Assembly (NCBI GenBank): GCA_002269645.1
Contig: NIVC01001104.1
Location: forward strand, 1-64,000
DNA: 64,000 bases
Direction: 5' to 3'
Origin: Macrostomum lignano
Taxonomy: Eukaryota
Shown here: piece after piece, positions 38,434 to 49,188 of the stretch
How the letters are laid out: each line of letters starts with the position of its first letter
Numbering within the stretch: the first letter of the stretch is position 1
Made by a program: the position numbers and the translations under genes
The notes under the pieces: model-generated
Database searches by the model: none
What the model saw: the letters and a program-made list of their open reading frames with translations, nothing else
Told to the model about the DNA's origin: nothing

Positions 38434-39849
38434 TATTGCTCTTATGAATTCTAGTATAAATATAATAAAATAGGCCTAGAATATAACTTAGGCCTATATA
38501 TTGGCTAAAACTTCAAATACAATATCTTTTTTTTATCAATAAAAACTCTACCTATAAAAATCAAAACCATCTATTTGTCTATCTATATATATCTATACAT
38601 AATTTTGATTGTTACAGACTCCTAAACGACTCAACCAAATTATACTAATTTTTGTACCCATTATAAATAGAATGTGGTTTTGTTTGCTATCAGTTTATCT
38701 GCCGATAGACAAAATGACTTTAGTGATAGATGTGTTAATTGCTTGTTTTCATATGACTATATGACACATTATATATTACATGATTAATTACTTAATTCAT
38801 GCTTAGTCTCAATATTCAAAGCAAAAGGAAAAATGTTATAGTTTCTTTATATGCTATATAGGGCCTAATATAATTTGAAGAGATGACATTGTATATTTAG
38901 CTTTCATTTTTAACTGTGATTTTAAACTTTGATTTAAATGTTTTAATGTGATTTTGTAATAATAATATATTTATCATACATTAAGTTTATTACTATTTGT
39001 AATTCTACAAGAAATGCATAGAGAAATATATGAGTTTTGTACTTTGTATGAAATTCCTACCAAAAAGTATATTCAAAACCTGAGATGAATCTATATTCAT
39101 GGTAATTATTCTAATTAAAGTAGCATTAAATAGTAAAAAATGTATGCTTATTTGCAGCAAATACTGCTCTTTACACCAAAACATGCTTCATTGTTTTATT
39201 GCTAGGCATTGTTTTCATTGGACACCACAGTAGACAAATCATCTACCATAGCATAGACCTCTAGAAGACAAATTGACAGCAGACAAAATGATATGCACCC
39301 CCCTAAACTTATTAAAATGTCTTAGGCTACCTTAAAATTTTCTAAATTTAAGTCTGCCTATCTAAAAATGCAAAAAAAACTGCTAAAAAGTGCATTATTA
39401 ATTAAATTTTTAAGTTTCAAACTTTATCCTGTTATGCACTTTTAAAGTTAGTCTGCTTTTTGTCAGCAAGACAGCCATCCCAAACTCCACCTCTTCTTTC
39501 CTTATCTGCAAGATGTGGAAAAGAGGGTTTCAAAAATTAATAAATTTTGGCTGCCATTAGTTTGTTCCACGTGAACCAATTGACTTTAAACTTTACAAGA
39601 TTCTTCATTGGCTTATTTCTTTATCTAAATGTAAAGTCTCAACTCTATAACTCAATTAGAATAGAAACTGTAAACATGTAAAGTTGGTCTTAGAGTCACT
39701 TTCTTATTTTACCTATGTCACCACAGATATTAGAATAACTAAAGGAGCCACTCAGGTGTATATACTTTGTAAAACAGCTTTTTACTTTGTGTTCAATAGC
39801 AATAATACTCGTAGTAAATAATAATTGATTACACATACCCTAATTGGTA

Positions 39850-40864
39850 GATGTGCAACTGGCAGCTTTGCTGCAGCTATTGTGCGGCACATCAGGCTGC
39901 ATACAGCTGTTCACTCCAAGGACTGGGGGTTGTCATACACACCCTTGACCACTTGTCTGGACTAGTGGGTGGGGGCATTGTCGTGATAAAGAAGCACCCC
40001 CGAGCTCGAGTCCTTGGGCGGCGACTGGAGAGACCACTCAGCACTTCTGGCAGGCAGTAGTTAGTTGGTATAACAGTTGCCAGCGACTGTGTGCTGCTGC
40101 ACAAGTGGCACAATCGCTAGATGACCAGCTTTTGTCACAAAAACGACCAATATCTGCTTTGCCACGTTGCGCTCTTGCTGCAGCTTTAATGGTGGGGCTT
40201 CCAGCTGGTGTCCACTGGCCCGACTGCTGCTTGGTCTCTGGGTCGAAACTATAGATCCAGGATTCGTCACCACTGATGATTTCCCGGACCGAGTTTGAGC
40301 GGCCACCATCGAATCTGTTGAGTATGCATGGCACAAAGCCACCCGAGCCTCCTTTTGCTCCTCCATCAGATGATAGCATGCATAAACCTTGCTCAGGTGC
40401 AGGATCGTGCTGATGGTTCCTGATGAGATGCCCACTTCTGTCTCTATCTGGGTCACAGTTACTCTGGCATCATCCTCAGTCATGCCCCGAATAGCAGCAA
40501 CATTCTCTTCGCTTGCTGTGGACTTGGGCCGGCTGTTGCGCTCTTCATCATCCAGACTCCATCGGCCACGTCAAAATTCGGCAAACCGCTCAAAAACTGT
40601 GGTCCTGGAAGTCCCTCAAGACTTAAAGTCGCTCAAAGCTTTCCTGCTGCCTTAGACCACTTTTTGTTTTTATTAATTATCATAGTTAATAATTGTTCTC
40701 CATTCTCCAATGGCCTATTTTGAGCTCCCAGCGCAACACAGGCTTTTTAGAGTGAATTTGTCTGAAATCGCTCAACCATAATCACAAGATAATGTACATA
40801 ATACCTGCTATGCCAAATTGTGTACATCACCTTCCCACTTTGGTAACTTATTGCATACCCCTCG
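39850..40864 (-). mobile_element. Mariner relic, 5' TIR retained
   Basis: Minus strand TA|CGAGGGGTATGCAATAAG at 40864. Fragments MTEDDARVTVTQIETEVGISSGTI, IISGDESWIYSFDPETKQQS and RGCFFITTMPP (HHDNA frame-shifted). Confidence 0.88.
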
Positions 40865-41186
40865 TACATTGCAGCTTTAGGCTGGAATTCTAAAGACAAT
40901 AAAAGTTGGGGCGAAGTGGAAGGGTAGTGTTGAAAGGCGCGATTGGATGGTTCAAGCTTTGGCCTTGGCTTTAAAAATACATTGAAATGCTTCTGTCTAA
41001 CTTACTACCGAACTGAAAGTAGCTTACATGCAAATGTGCTGAGTGGCCCATCTATTGTAGTTATTCTAGTATCTCTGTGTTGTCTGCAACGACTCTGGGG
41101 CGCTTCCTGGCCTAGATAAAATTTTCATTGGGAATATTCATTAAAAATGTTCCCCATGCCTGTCAATAATATTTTCCAACGAATAA

Positions 41187-41469
41187 ATGCATGCTATGAA
41201 GCCGGCAGCAAAGCAGAGGCAGAATAAGCCACAGCAGACGCCTAAAAAGCAGAAGCAACAGACGCAGACTCAGTCGCAGCCTGTTTACAATAAGCGGCAA
41301 AAATCGAGGCGGCATAGAAAAATTCGGCCATACTCTGAGCCAGACGCGGCCGATGTTGGCTGGTCGCCGGCGCCCGCGCCATCTGGCGGCGATTTGGCGC
41401 CCGGCGCCGGAGAAGATCGATTCCTACCCCGATCTCTGCGCGAGATCATGTGGCTCAAACGGGTTGCTG
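41187..41469 (+). CDS. CCDC137: CCDC137-like protein, exon 1
   Basis: Basic N-terminus and motif FLPRSLREIM (cf. IPFRLREIM in CCDC137). Donor G|GTTAGT at 41470, phase 1. The start could be 41187 or 41196. Confidence 0.7.
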
Positions 41470-41810
41470 GTTAGTTTGTTATTTAAATAAGTTGGGTTGG
41501 TAAAATTACTTGTAGCAATATATTGAGACAATCATCCCCCCCCTGATTTACTCCGGCCGTGCGACTTTTTTTCCCAAGAATGCGACTTGCCTATAAAAAA
41601 CCTAAGATTGACGTAATTTTGGGTAAACGGCAGGAGTAACCTCGTCATCTAATTAGTACTCGTCTGTATTTTTGTGTGGGCATATTTGCGACTTAAATTG
41701 GCTGGGCCCCTCGCCAGCCGGGTCGGATTGGCGCGCATGTATGGAGGCAATGAGGCTAACTCAAGAAGCCTCTGTATCCAGACGTTGGGTCATTGTCTCT
41801 CCTCTCGCAG

Positions 41811-41920
41811 CCATGAGCAGAATTACTTATGAGTATGAAAGTCTTAACATCGGTTTAATTAGCTTTTTAATTGCTGTATTTTATGTTACCTTATTAAATA
41901 AAGTGCTGTTGCTCTACTAA
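41811..41920 (+). other. Candidate alternative exon in the CCDC137-like intron
   Basis: Acceptor tctctcctctcgcAG (41809-41810) and donor GTAAGT at 41921. In frame with exon 1, with a stop as its last codon. Confidence 0.35.
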
Positions 41921-42393
41921 GTAAGTAGCACGATGAAAATTTTATGCTTATTTTGATACTGATATACATTTGGGCTAATTTAATGCGCCTACGTTTTGAC
42001 ACAGTAGCTTCCTGTGTTGCAAAAGCAAGCAGCTATTCGGAGTCGATCATCACGCACGCCTTCCGCTTCCCATCTCCTGCACCCCATTGAATTTGGGCGT
42101 GTGCCAGTATTTTATTCTCTCGCTTCAAAGCCATAATAAATACGTTATTATGAAGCTGTAAAGTCCTTTATGCCATGCGTTGCATTTTCATTTCTGGCAT
42201 AGGATTCTTATTACCGTGTATTTGGCAACTGCGTAACGGATGCTTGGAATTAGATTCCTGAACTCAATTGAGTTGCTACGAGAATTGTAAATAATTCGCT
42301 TCTTCTGATCGCTTTTTTTCTGTGGATATTGTCGCTATTAGCATAAGATTGCCAGTGTGTATTATTTAGAGTGTATCCGGTGTGCTATTAAAA

Positions 42394-42625
42394 GGGTTGT
42401 AGCCTAGTGGTTAGAGCGTTGGACTCTCAGGAGCGCTGGAGAAAGGTCGGGGGTTCGATTCTCGACCCGCTGGGAACAATTTGTGTCCTTTTAGCTAGAC
42501 ACAAGTCTGCATTGCTTCAGTCAACCCAGCTGTAAAATGGGTGCCAGCATTAGCTGGGGTAATTGAGGCTGTGTGTGGCGACCCCCCTCCCCAGTCCTTG
42601 GACTGAACAGCCGTACCAGACTCTA
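42394..42625 (+). mobile_element. tRNA-derived CORE-type SINE
   Basis: A box TAGCCTAGTGG and B box GGTTCGATTC, then GTGTCCTT...GACAC...CAGT...CTGTAAAATGGG resembling the CORE domain. The acceptor and anticodon stems do not pair, so it is not a functional tRNA. 3' end approximate. Confidence 0.75.
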
Positions 42626-42659
42626 GAATCCCCATTCTCCACCTCTCCCCCATCCCCAG

Positions 42660-43195
42660 CTCTGTCCCCGAAGGATCGGCGCCGCTATTTAAAATCGCGC
42701 CGTCGCACCAATCCGGAGGTTGGCGACGTGGCCGGGATGCGCCGGGCGCCGGCCAAGCTGGCCGACCTGCGCCGCCGGCCGGGGGAGTCGCAGCCGCGCC
42801 ACCTGGCCAGGGTGGAGCGGACGGCGCAGCAGACGCTGCTGTCCGCCCAATACGCCGACCGCTTTGGCGAGCGACAGAATAAACAGCAGCAAGAGCAGAA
42901 GCAAAAGAATAAAAAGAAGATTGTTGCAGAAGCAGCTGCCGCAGGGGACAGGCAATCAGAGCAGGAGCAGAAGAAAGCCAACCAAAAGCCACGGAGGACA
43001 GCCGGCACCAGGCCAAGCCGGCTGGAGCCAGTTGTTAGCGAGCCGCCAAAGTCTCTGGCTCGTCTGAAGTTGCCAATTATTAATAAGAAGAATAAAACTG
43101 GCAACGCTTCTTTGACAATGAAAGCAACAATTGCTGGAGACGTTTCTGCCCAAGGCGGCGGCGGATTTCCTTTGGATCGGATGTTGATCACGTGA
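42660..43195 (+). CDS. CCDC137: CCDC137-like protein, exon 2
   Basis: Acceptor catccccAG at 42659, phase 1. LRRRPGESQPRHLARVERTAQQTLL resembles FKQRKGES..YIHRMQQEAQHVL, and VVSEPP resembles VVLQPP. AATAAA at 43266. Total 272 aa. Confidence 0.72.
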
Positions 43196-43699
43196 CCAGC
43201 CTGATTGCTAAGAGAAATTGTCTCTGCATTTTTAAGTGATTAGTTAGCTAACTATGTTAGCAGTTAATAAAGATTGTCAAATTGAAAAGGAATTCGAAGA
43301 CAATAAACCTGTTTTGTTTAAAACTTAAATATTTTTCTTTCAATTCGTAGGAATTGCAGGTACAGTCGCAGCAGTAATTATCATGAGTTGCGATGGATTG
43401 TAAATTAGCAAGGAATAAATTCCGCTTCGATTCTTCTCTTATAGAAACACGCAACCCGGTCAGCATATAGGAATCCTAATGCATAATTTACCCCCCTAAC
43501 CCTCAATTCAACCCTAGATAAACTTCATCCCGTGCATCCAGAATCTTTCATCTATTTTCCTTTTATGACTTTTTCTACCTTTAATTTTGATTCCATTTCC
43601 AGGTGTTCTCGCGCTTCGCCGAGTTCACCTGTCTCTTAATTCTTGTCTGCGCCCTGTCGCTACTCTTCTTTTTTATCTCTTTCAGCGTCAATGATACCC

Positions 43700-44180
43700 T
43701 CTTAGTCCTCGGATGTCCTTGCCGCTGCCCTCTCAGTCCTCGGATGTCCTTGCCGCTGCCCTCTCAGTCCTCGGATGTCCTTGCCGCTGCCCTCTCAGTC
43801 CTCGGATGTCCTTGCCGCTGCCCTCTCAATCCTCGGATGTCCTTGCCGCTGCCCTCTCAGTCCTCGGATGTCCTTGCCGCTGCCCTCTCAGTCCTCGGAT
43901 GTCCTTGCCGCTGCCCTCTCAATCTTCGGATTTCCTTGCCGCTGCCCTCTCAGTCCTCGGATGTCCTTGCCGCTGCCCTCTCAGTCCTCGGATGTCCTTG
44001 CCGCTGCCCTCTCAATCCTCGGATGTCCTTGCCGCTGCCCTCTCAATCCTCGGATGTCCTTGCCGCTGCCCTCTCAGTCCTCGGATGTCCTTGCCGCTGC
44101 CCTCTCAGTCCTCGGATGTCCTTGCCGCTGCCCTCTCAGTCCTCGGATGTCCTTGCCGATGCCCTCTCAGTCCCCCAACT
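43700..44180. repeat. 31-bp minisatellite
   Basis: Unit CAGTCCTCGGATGTCCTTGCCGCTGCCCTCT. Confidence 0.96.
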
Positions 44181-44629
44181 GTCCTTGCCGCTACCCTGTG
44201 TACTTTTAACTCCGTGCTAAATCCCAAAAATCTTCTCAGATAAATGAAGGCTTAATAATGTATTTTGGAAAGTTTTGGAGGCATGCGAATTTTGTAGAAT
44301 ATGTTTGTAGTGGGCTACAGAAACTAGAAATAACGATTTTTTCAAGCCAGTTAAAGACGTTTCTGTATGAAAAATTTTCTTGAAAATTCAATGATTAAAA
44401 CACATCAAAATTGGGCTAATTTACTCTGATTCCTATTTTTCCTACTAAAATCACTTTTATCAATATTTGACTAATTATATTCGATAATATTTTCTGTAGC
44501 CAGCCAGCAGTTAGTTTGTTTTTTAGGAATGATATTTTTTACTTCCCTTTTCTACTTTTTGTCGGAAAAGCAGAATTAACCTGATTCACAATAATCCCCA
44601 ATGATTCGGGGAGCTTCACTTTTCTGATA

Positions 44630-45780
44630 CATTCATAAACTGGCCTCTCCATTTTGAGCAAGCCCGCCTTCCCCTGTGATAAACTGGCCTCTCCGTCTTG
44701 AGCATGCCCGCCTTCCCCTGTGATAAACTGGCCTCTCCATCTTGAGCATGCCCGCCTTCCCCTGTGATAAACTGGCCTCTCCATTTTGAGCATGCCCGCC
44801 TTCCCGTGATAAACTGGCCTCTCCATTTTGAGCATGCCCGCCTTCCCCTGTGATAAACGGGCCTCTCCATTTTGAGCAATCTTGAGCAGGCCCGCCTTCC
44901 CCTGTGATAAACTGGCCTCTCCATTTTGAGCATGCCCGCCTTCCCCTGTGATAAACTGGCCTCTCCATTTTGAGCATGCCCGCCTTCCCCTGTGATAAAC
45001 GGGCCTCTCCATTTTGAGCATGCCCGCCTTCCCCTGTGATAAACGGGCCTCTCCATCTTGAGCATGCCCGCCTTCCGCTGTGATAAACTGGCCTCTCCAT
45101 CTTGAGCATGCCCGCCTTCCCCTGTGATAAACTGGCCTCTCCATCTTGAGTATGCCCGCCTTCCCCTGTGATAAACGGGCCTCTCCATCTTGAGCATGCC
45201 CGCCTTCCCCTGTGATAAACTGGCCTCTCCATCTTGAGCATGCCCGCCTTCCCCTGTGATAAACTGGCCTCTCCATCTTGAGTATGCCCGCCTTCCCCTG
45301 TGATAAACTGGCCTCTCCATTTTGAGCATGCCCGCCTTCCCCTGTGATAAACTGGCCTCTCCATCTTGAGCATGCCCGCCTTCCCCTGTGATAAACTGGC
45401 CTCTCCATCTTGAGCATGCCCGCCTTCCCCTGTGATAAACTGGCCTCTCCATCTTGAGTATGCCCGCCTTCCCCTGTGATAAACGGGCCTCTCCATCTTG
45501 AGCATGCCCGCCTTCCCCTGTGATAAACTGGCCTCTCCATCTTGAGCATGCCCGCCTTCCCCTGTGATAAACGGGCCTCTCCATCTTGAGTATGCCCGCC
45601 TTCCCCTGTGATAAACTGGCCTCTCCATTTTGAGCATGCCCGCCTTCCCCTGTGATAAACTGGCCTCTCCATCTTGAGCATGCCCGCCTTCCCCTGTGAT
45701 AAACTGGCCTCTCCATCTTGAGCATGCCCGCCTTCCCCTGTGATAAACTGGCCTCTCCATCTTGAGCATGCCCGCCTTCA
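44630..45780. repeat. 44-bp minisatellite
   Basis: Unit GATAAACTGGCCTCTCCATCTTGAGCATGCCCGCCTTCCCCTGT. Confidence 0.97.
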
Positions 45781-45891
45781 GACAGTAAACTTAGTTTTTT
45801 CTGAACTGTATAATTGTCTTGCAATTAATGCATGCTGTGCCTACCTTAGCCTCAATAAATTTAAAGGGCTACGAAAATTTTTTTATCAAAC

Positions 45892-46171
45892 ATGACGTCT
45901 CCGGCATCAGGAGCCGACAAAGAGTCGGCGGCATCCTTGAGCACCAGCTGTTGGCACAGCCTGCCGCCGCTGCAGCAGCAGCACGTGTTCCCAACGATGG
46001 CTAAACTGGACGATACCCTGTTCGTGATCGGCGGCTGCACCCAGACTGGTCAGCCGATTGACTCCTGCGAAAGTATTCGACTTGGCAGCGGCGATGGCGA
46101 TATTGCCGAGTCCTGGAGCGCAGCGCCCAGCCTGCCAACACCCAGGGCTGGCGTGCAGCTTGCGACTTTGG
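45892..46171 (+). CDS. KLHDC8: Kelch domain-containing protein 8-like, exon 1
   Basis: WHSLPPL...LFVIGGCTQTGQPID...SLPTPRAG matches the KLHDC8 N-terminus (LLVLGGC..AGLPLD..LPTARAG). Donor G|GTGAG at 46172. Confidence 0.85.
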
Positions 46172-46212
46172 GTGAGCCGAAATAAAGGGTTCTTAGTTTT
46201 AATCCGATTGGC

Positions 46213-46610
46213 TTAGGGCTTACTAGATCGTGTCTGATTGGTTGAAATCAAACACTGGCTTCTTGTCAGTCTCTGATTGGTTGAAATGAAACACTGGCTT
46301 CTTGTCAGTCTCTGATTGGTTGGAATGACACACTGGCTTCTTGTCACTGTCAGTCTCTGATTGGTTGAAATCAAACACTGGCTTCTTGTCAGTCTCTGAT
46401 TGGTTGGAATGAAACACTGGCTTCTTGTCAGTCTCTGATTGGTTGGAATGAAACACTGGCTTCTTGTCAGTCTCTGATTGGTTGGAATGACACACTGGCT
46501 TCTTGTCAGTCTCTGATTGGTTGGAATGAAACACTGGCGTCTGATTGGTTTGAACGTAGAATTGCTAGGCTTGTCTGTCTCTGATTGGTTCATTGGTTGG
46601 GTAAATATTG
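46213..46610. repeat. 39-bp intronic minisatellite containing CTGATTGGTT
   Basis: Unit CAGTCTCTGATTGGTTGGAATGAAACACTGGCTTCTTGT. Confidence 0.95.
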
Positions 46611-46667
46611 TTCGCTAATTGGTTTGCGGTTGTAATTGGCGATCTCTTCAATCCAAATTTAACGCAG

Positions 46668-46976
46668 ATAAGCGGGTGTACGCCTTCGGCGGCTCCGGCC
46701 CAGGCCAATCCGGTGTGGCCACTATTGACGCACTGGACGTTGAGTCGCAGCAGTGGCTGGAGCTGGCCCGGCTGCCCGTCGCCGTCAAGAGCTGCTCCGT
46801 AGCGAGTCGCGGCGGCAAATTTTTCATCGCAGGCGGCATGGAAACGGCCACTTCGACTAGGAACGAGTTTTATTGTTTCGATCCCGAGCGTAAAAAGGTT
46901 GGCAACTTGCCGCCAATGAGTGTTAAAAGGTATTCGCCCGGCTGCTTCCTGGTTGAGGAATCGCTTTATCTGTTCG
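46668..46976 (+). CDS. KLHDC8: KLHDC8-like, exon 2
   Basis: Acceptor aacgcAG, RVYAFGG...FFIAGGM...SLYLF, donor G|GTGAGA at 46977. 309 nt, phase 1/1. Confidence 0.88.
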
Positions 46977-47390
46977 GTGAGATTTCCTTTGCTATCTCAG
47001 GGGTGAAATTTTCACTGCTATCTCAGAGATGAGGTTTTCACTGCTATTTCAGGGATGAGATTTCCACTGCTATCTCAGGGGGTGAGATTTTCACTGCTAT
47101 CTCATGAATGAGATTTCCATTGCTATCTCATGGTGAGATGTCCATTGTTATCTCATGGAGAGATGTCCATTGTAATCTCACGGTGAGATGTCCATTGTTA
47201 TCTCATGGTGAGATGTCCATTGTAATCTCACGGTGAGATGTCCATTGTTATCTAACGGTGAGATGTCCATTGTAATCTCACACGGTGAGATTTCCAATAC
47301 TATCTCACGGAAGGTGAGACTTCTGTAGCTACCTTAGAGTAAGATTTTCTTTTGCATCACATGGGATGAGATTTCCACAGCTCTGTCAGT
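46977..47390. repeat. ~24-25-bp repeat starting at the 5' splice site, each unit a GAGAT..ATCTC mini-hairpin
   Basis: Units such as GGTGAGATGTCCATTGTTATCTCAT. Confidence 0.85.
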
Positions 47391-47560
47391 TTCAGATTTG
47401 GACCCAAACTGCATCAGGGTCTAACAGTAGTGATATTCTGAATCAATCGTGTACTCATTATTATTAGATGTCGACAAAATCATTTCTTCCATGCTTGAGT
47501 TTGTTATGCCAAATTTAAATATTAATGCAAAATTAGTTAAAATAGTAATGTTTAAGATGG

Positions 47561-48153
47561 TTACGAAATGTTGAGCATTAATTTCCAAACGGTTAGCAAC
47601 AGTGGCAGCAGCAGCGGCAGCTCAGCTTGAGCTAGATTTCCGTCATTGTGCAGCAGACTGCTCAGCGGCCCATTGTCGCTGCCATTGTGCGGTCTGGCTG
47701 GCAACCCTATCAGCCGGCAGGCTAGGCCATAGATATCTGTCTGCTCGGCTGTGCTATCCGTTCGGGCGCCTTTGACAAATGCCGGACCAATGGCCAGCAG
47801 AGGCACCTGCATCTCGTCCCAGTCCGGCTCTCCGCCGTGCATTCCCAGCTTCCAGACTGTGTCATTATTGTCGGCGATTTGATAGCCTTTGACTGGCATT
47901 ATAAGTATATCCGGTATTCGTCTGTGCCTCTTATAGTGCAAGTGATCTGGCAGTTCCCGACGGTGCACAACATTTGCCATCTTGCTCTTGCCGCTCTTTC
48001 CAATGTCTTCTAGCATGGCCGAGTACAGCTCCATCGATCTGTTCGGCTTGGCGAATAGGCCTAGGGCGACGCCCATCTGCAGCACTGCACTGGTAGCCGG
48101 GTGCTTCCTGCCGTTCACTCGGATCGTGTTGTTGTGATTCACTGGCAGCATGC
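47561..48153 (-). CDS. ENPP-family ectonucleotide pyrophosphatase/phosphodiesterase, exon 3
   Basis: Acceptor cccgcAG at 48154 completes SDHGM. Contains RIPDILI, GMHGG, AIGPAF and DIYGLACRLIGL, with a hydrophobic GPI/TM-like C-terminus. Confidence 0.9.
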
Positions 48154-48179
48154 CTGCGGGAGTTTTGAGGCTTTGTTTA

Positions 48180-49150
48180 AAGCAGATCCTCAGTTGCTGG
48201 GCCAGCCTCCCAGATTCTCAGTTGCTGGGCCACCCTCCCGGATCGTCAGTTGCTGGGCCACCCTCCCAGATCCCTAGTTGCTGGGCCAGCCTCCCAGATC
48301 CCTAGTTGCTGGGCCAGCCTCCCAGATCCCCAGTTGCTGGACCACCGCCGCCCTCCCAGATCCCCAGTTGCTGGGCCACCGCTGCCCTCCCAGATCCTCA
48401 GTTGCTGGGCCAGCCTCGCAGATCCCCAGTTGCTGGGCCACCGCTGCCCTCCCAGATCCTCAGTTGCTGGGCCAGCCTCCCAGATCCCCAGTTGCTGGGC
48501 CAGCCTCCCAGATCCCCAGTTGCTGGGCCAGGGCCACCCTCCCAGATCCTCAGTTGCTGGGCCAGCCTCCCAGAGTGTCAGTTACAGGGCCACCCTCCCA
48601 GATCCTCAGTTGCTGGGCCAGCCTCCCAGAGTGTCAGTTACAGGGCCACCCTCCCAGATCCTCAGTTGCTGGGCCAGCCTCCCAGAGTGTCAGTTACAGG
48701 GCCACCCTCCCAGATCCTCAGTTGCTGGGCCAGCCTCCCAGAGTGTCAGTTACAGGGCCACCCTCCCAGATCCTCAGTTGCTGGGCCAGTCTCCCAGAGT
48801 GTCAGTTACAGGGCCACCCTCCCAGATCCTCAGTTGCTGGGCCAGCCTCCCAGATCCCCAGTTGCTGGGCCAGCCTCCCAGAGTGTCAGTTACAGGGCCA
48901 CCCTCCCAGATCCTCAGTTGCTGGGCCAGCCTCCCAGATCCCCAGTTGCTGGGCCAGCCTCCCAGATCTCCAGTTGCTGGGCCAGCCTCCCAGATCCCCA
49001 GTTGCTGGGCCAGCCTCCCAGATCCTCAGTTGCTGGGCCAGCCTCCCAGAGTGTCAGTTACAGGGCCACCTTCGCAGATCTCCAGTTGCTGGGCCACCGC
49101 CGCCCTCCCAGATCCTCAGTTGCTGGGCCATTGCCGCCCTCCCAGATACT
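48180..49150. repeat. ~28-bp intronic minisatellite (ENPP intron 2)
   Basis: Unit CAGATCCTCAGTTGCTGGGCCAGCCTCC with interleaved GAGTGTCAGTTACAGGGCC variants. Confidence 0.95.
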
Positions 49151-49188
49151 GAAGGTCAAGACTAAAAAGCAATCCAAACGAAGCTTAC

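Noticed and set aside
42394-42475. Functional tRNA gene (also 23133-23185)
   Set aside because: A and B boxes are present, but the acceptor and anticodon stems do not pair and CORE-like SINE sequence follows.
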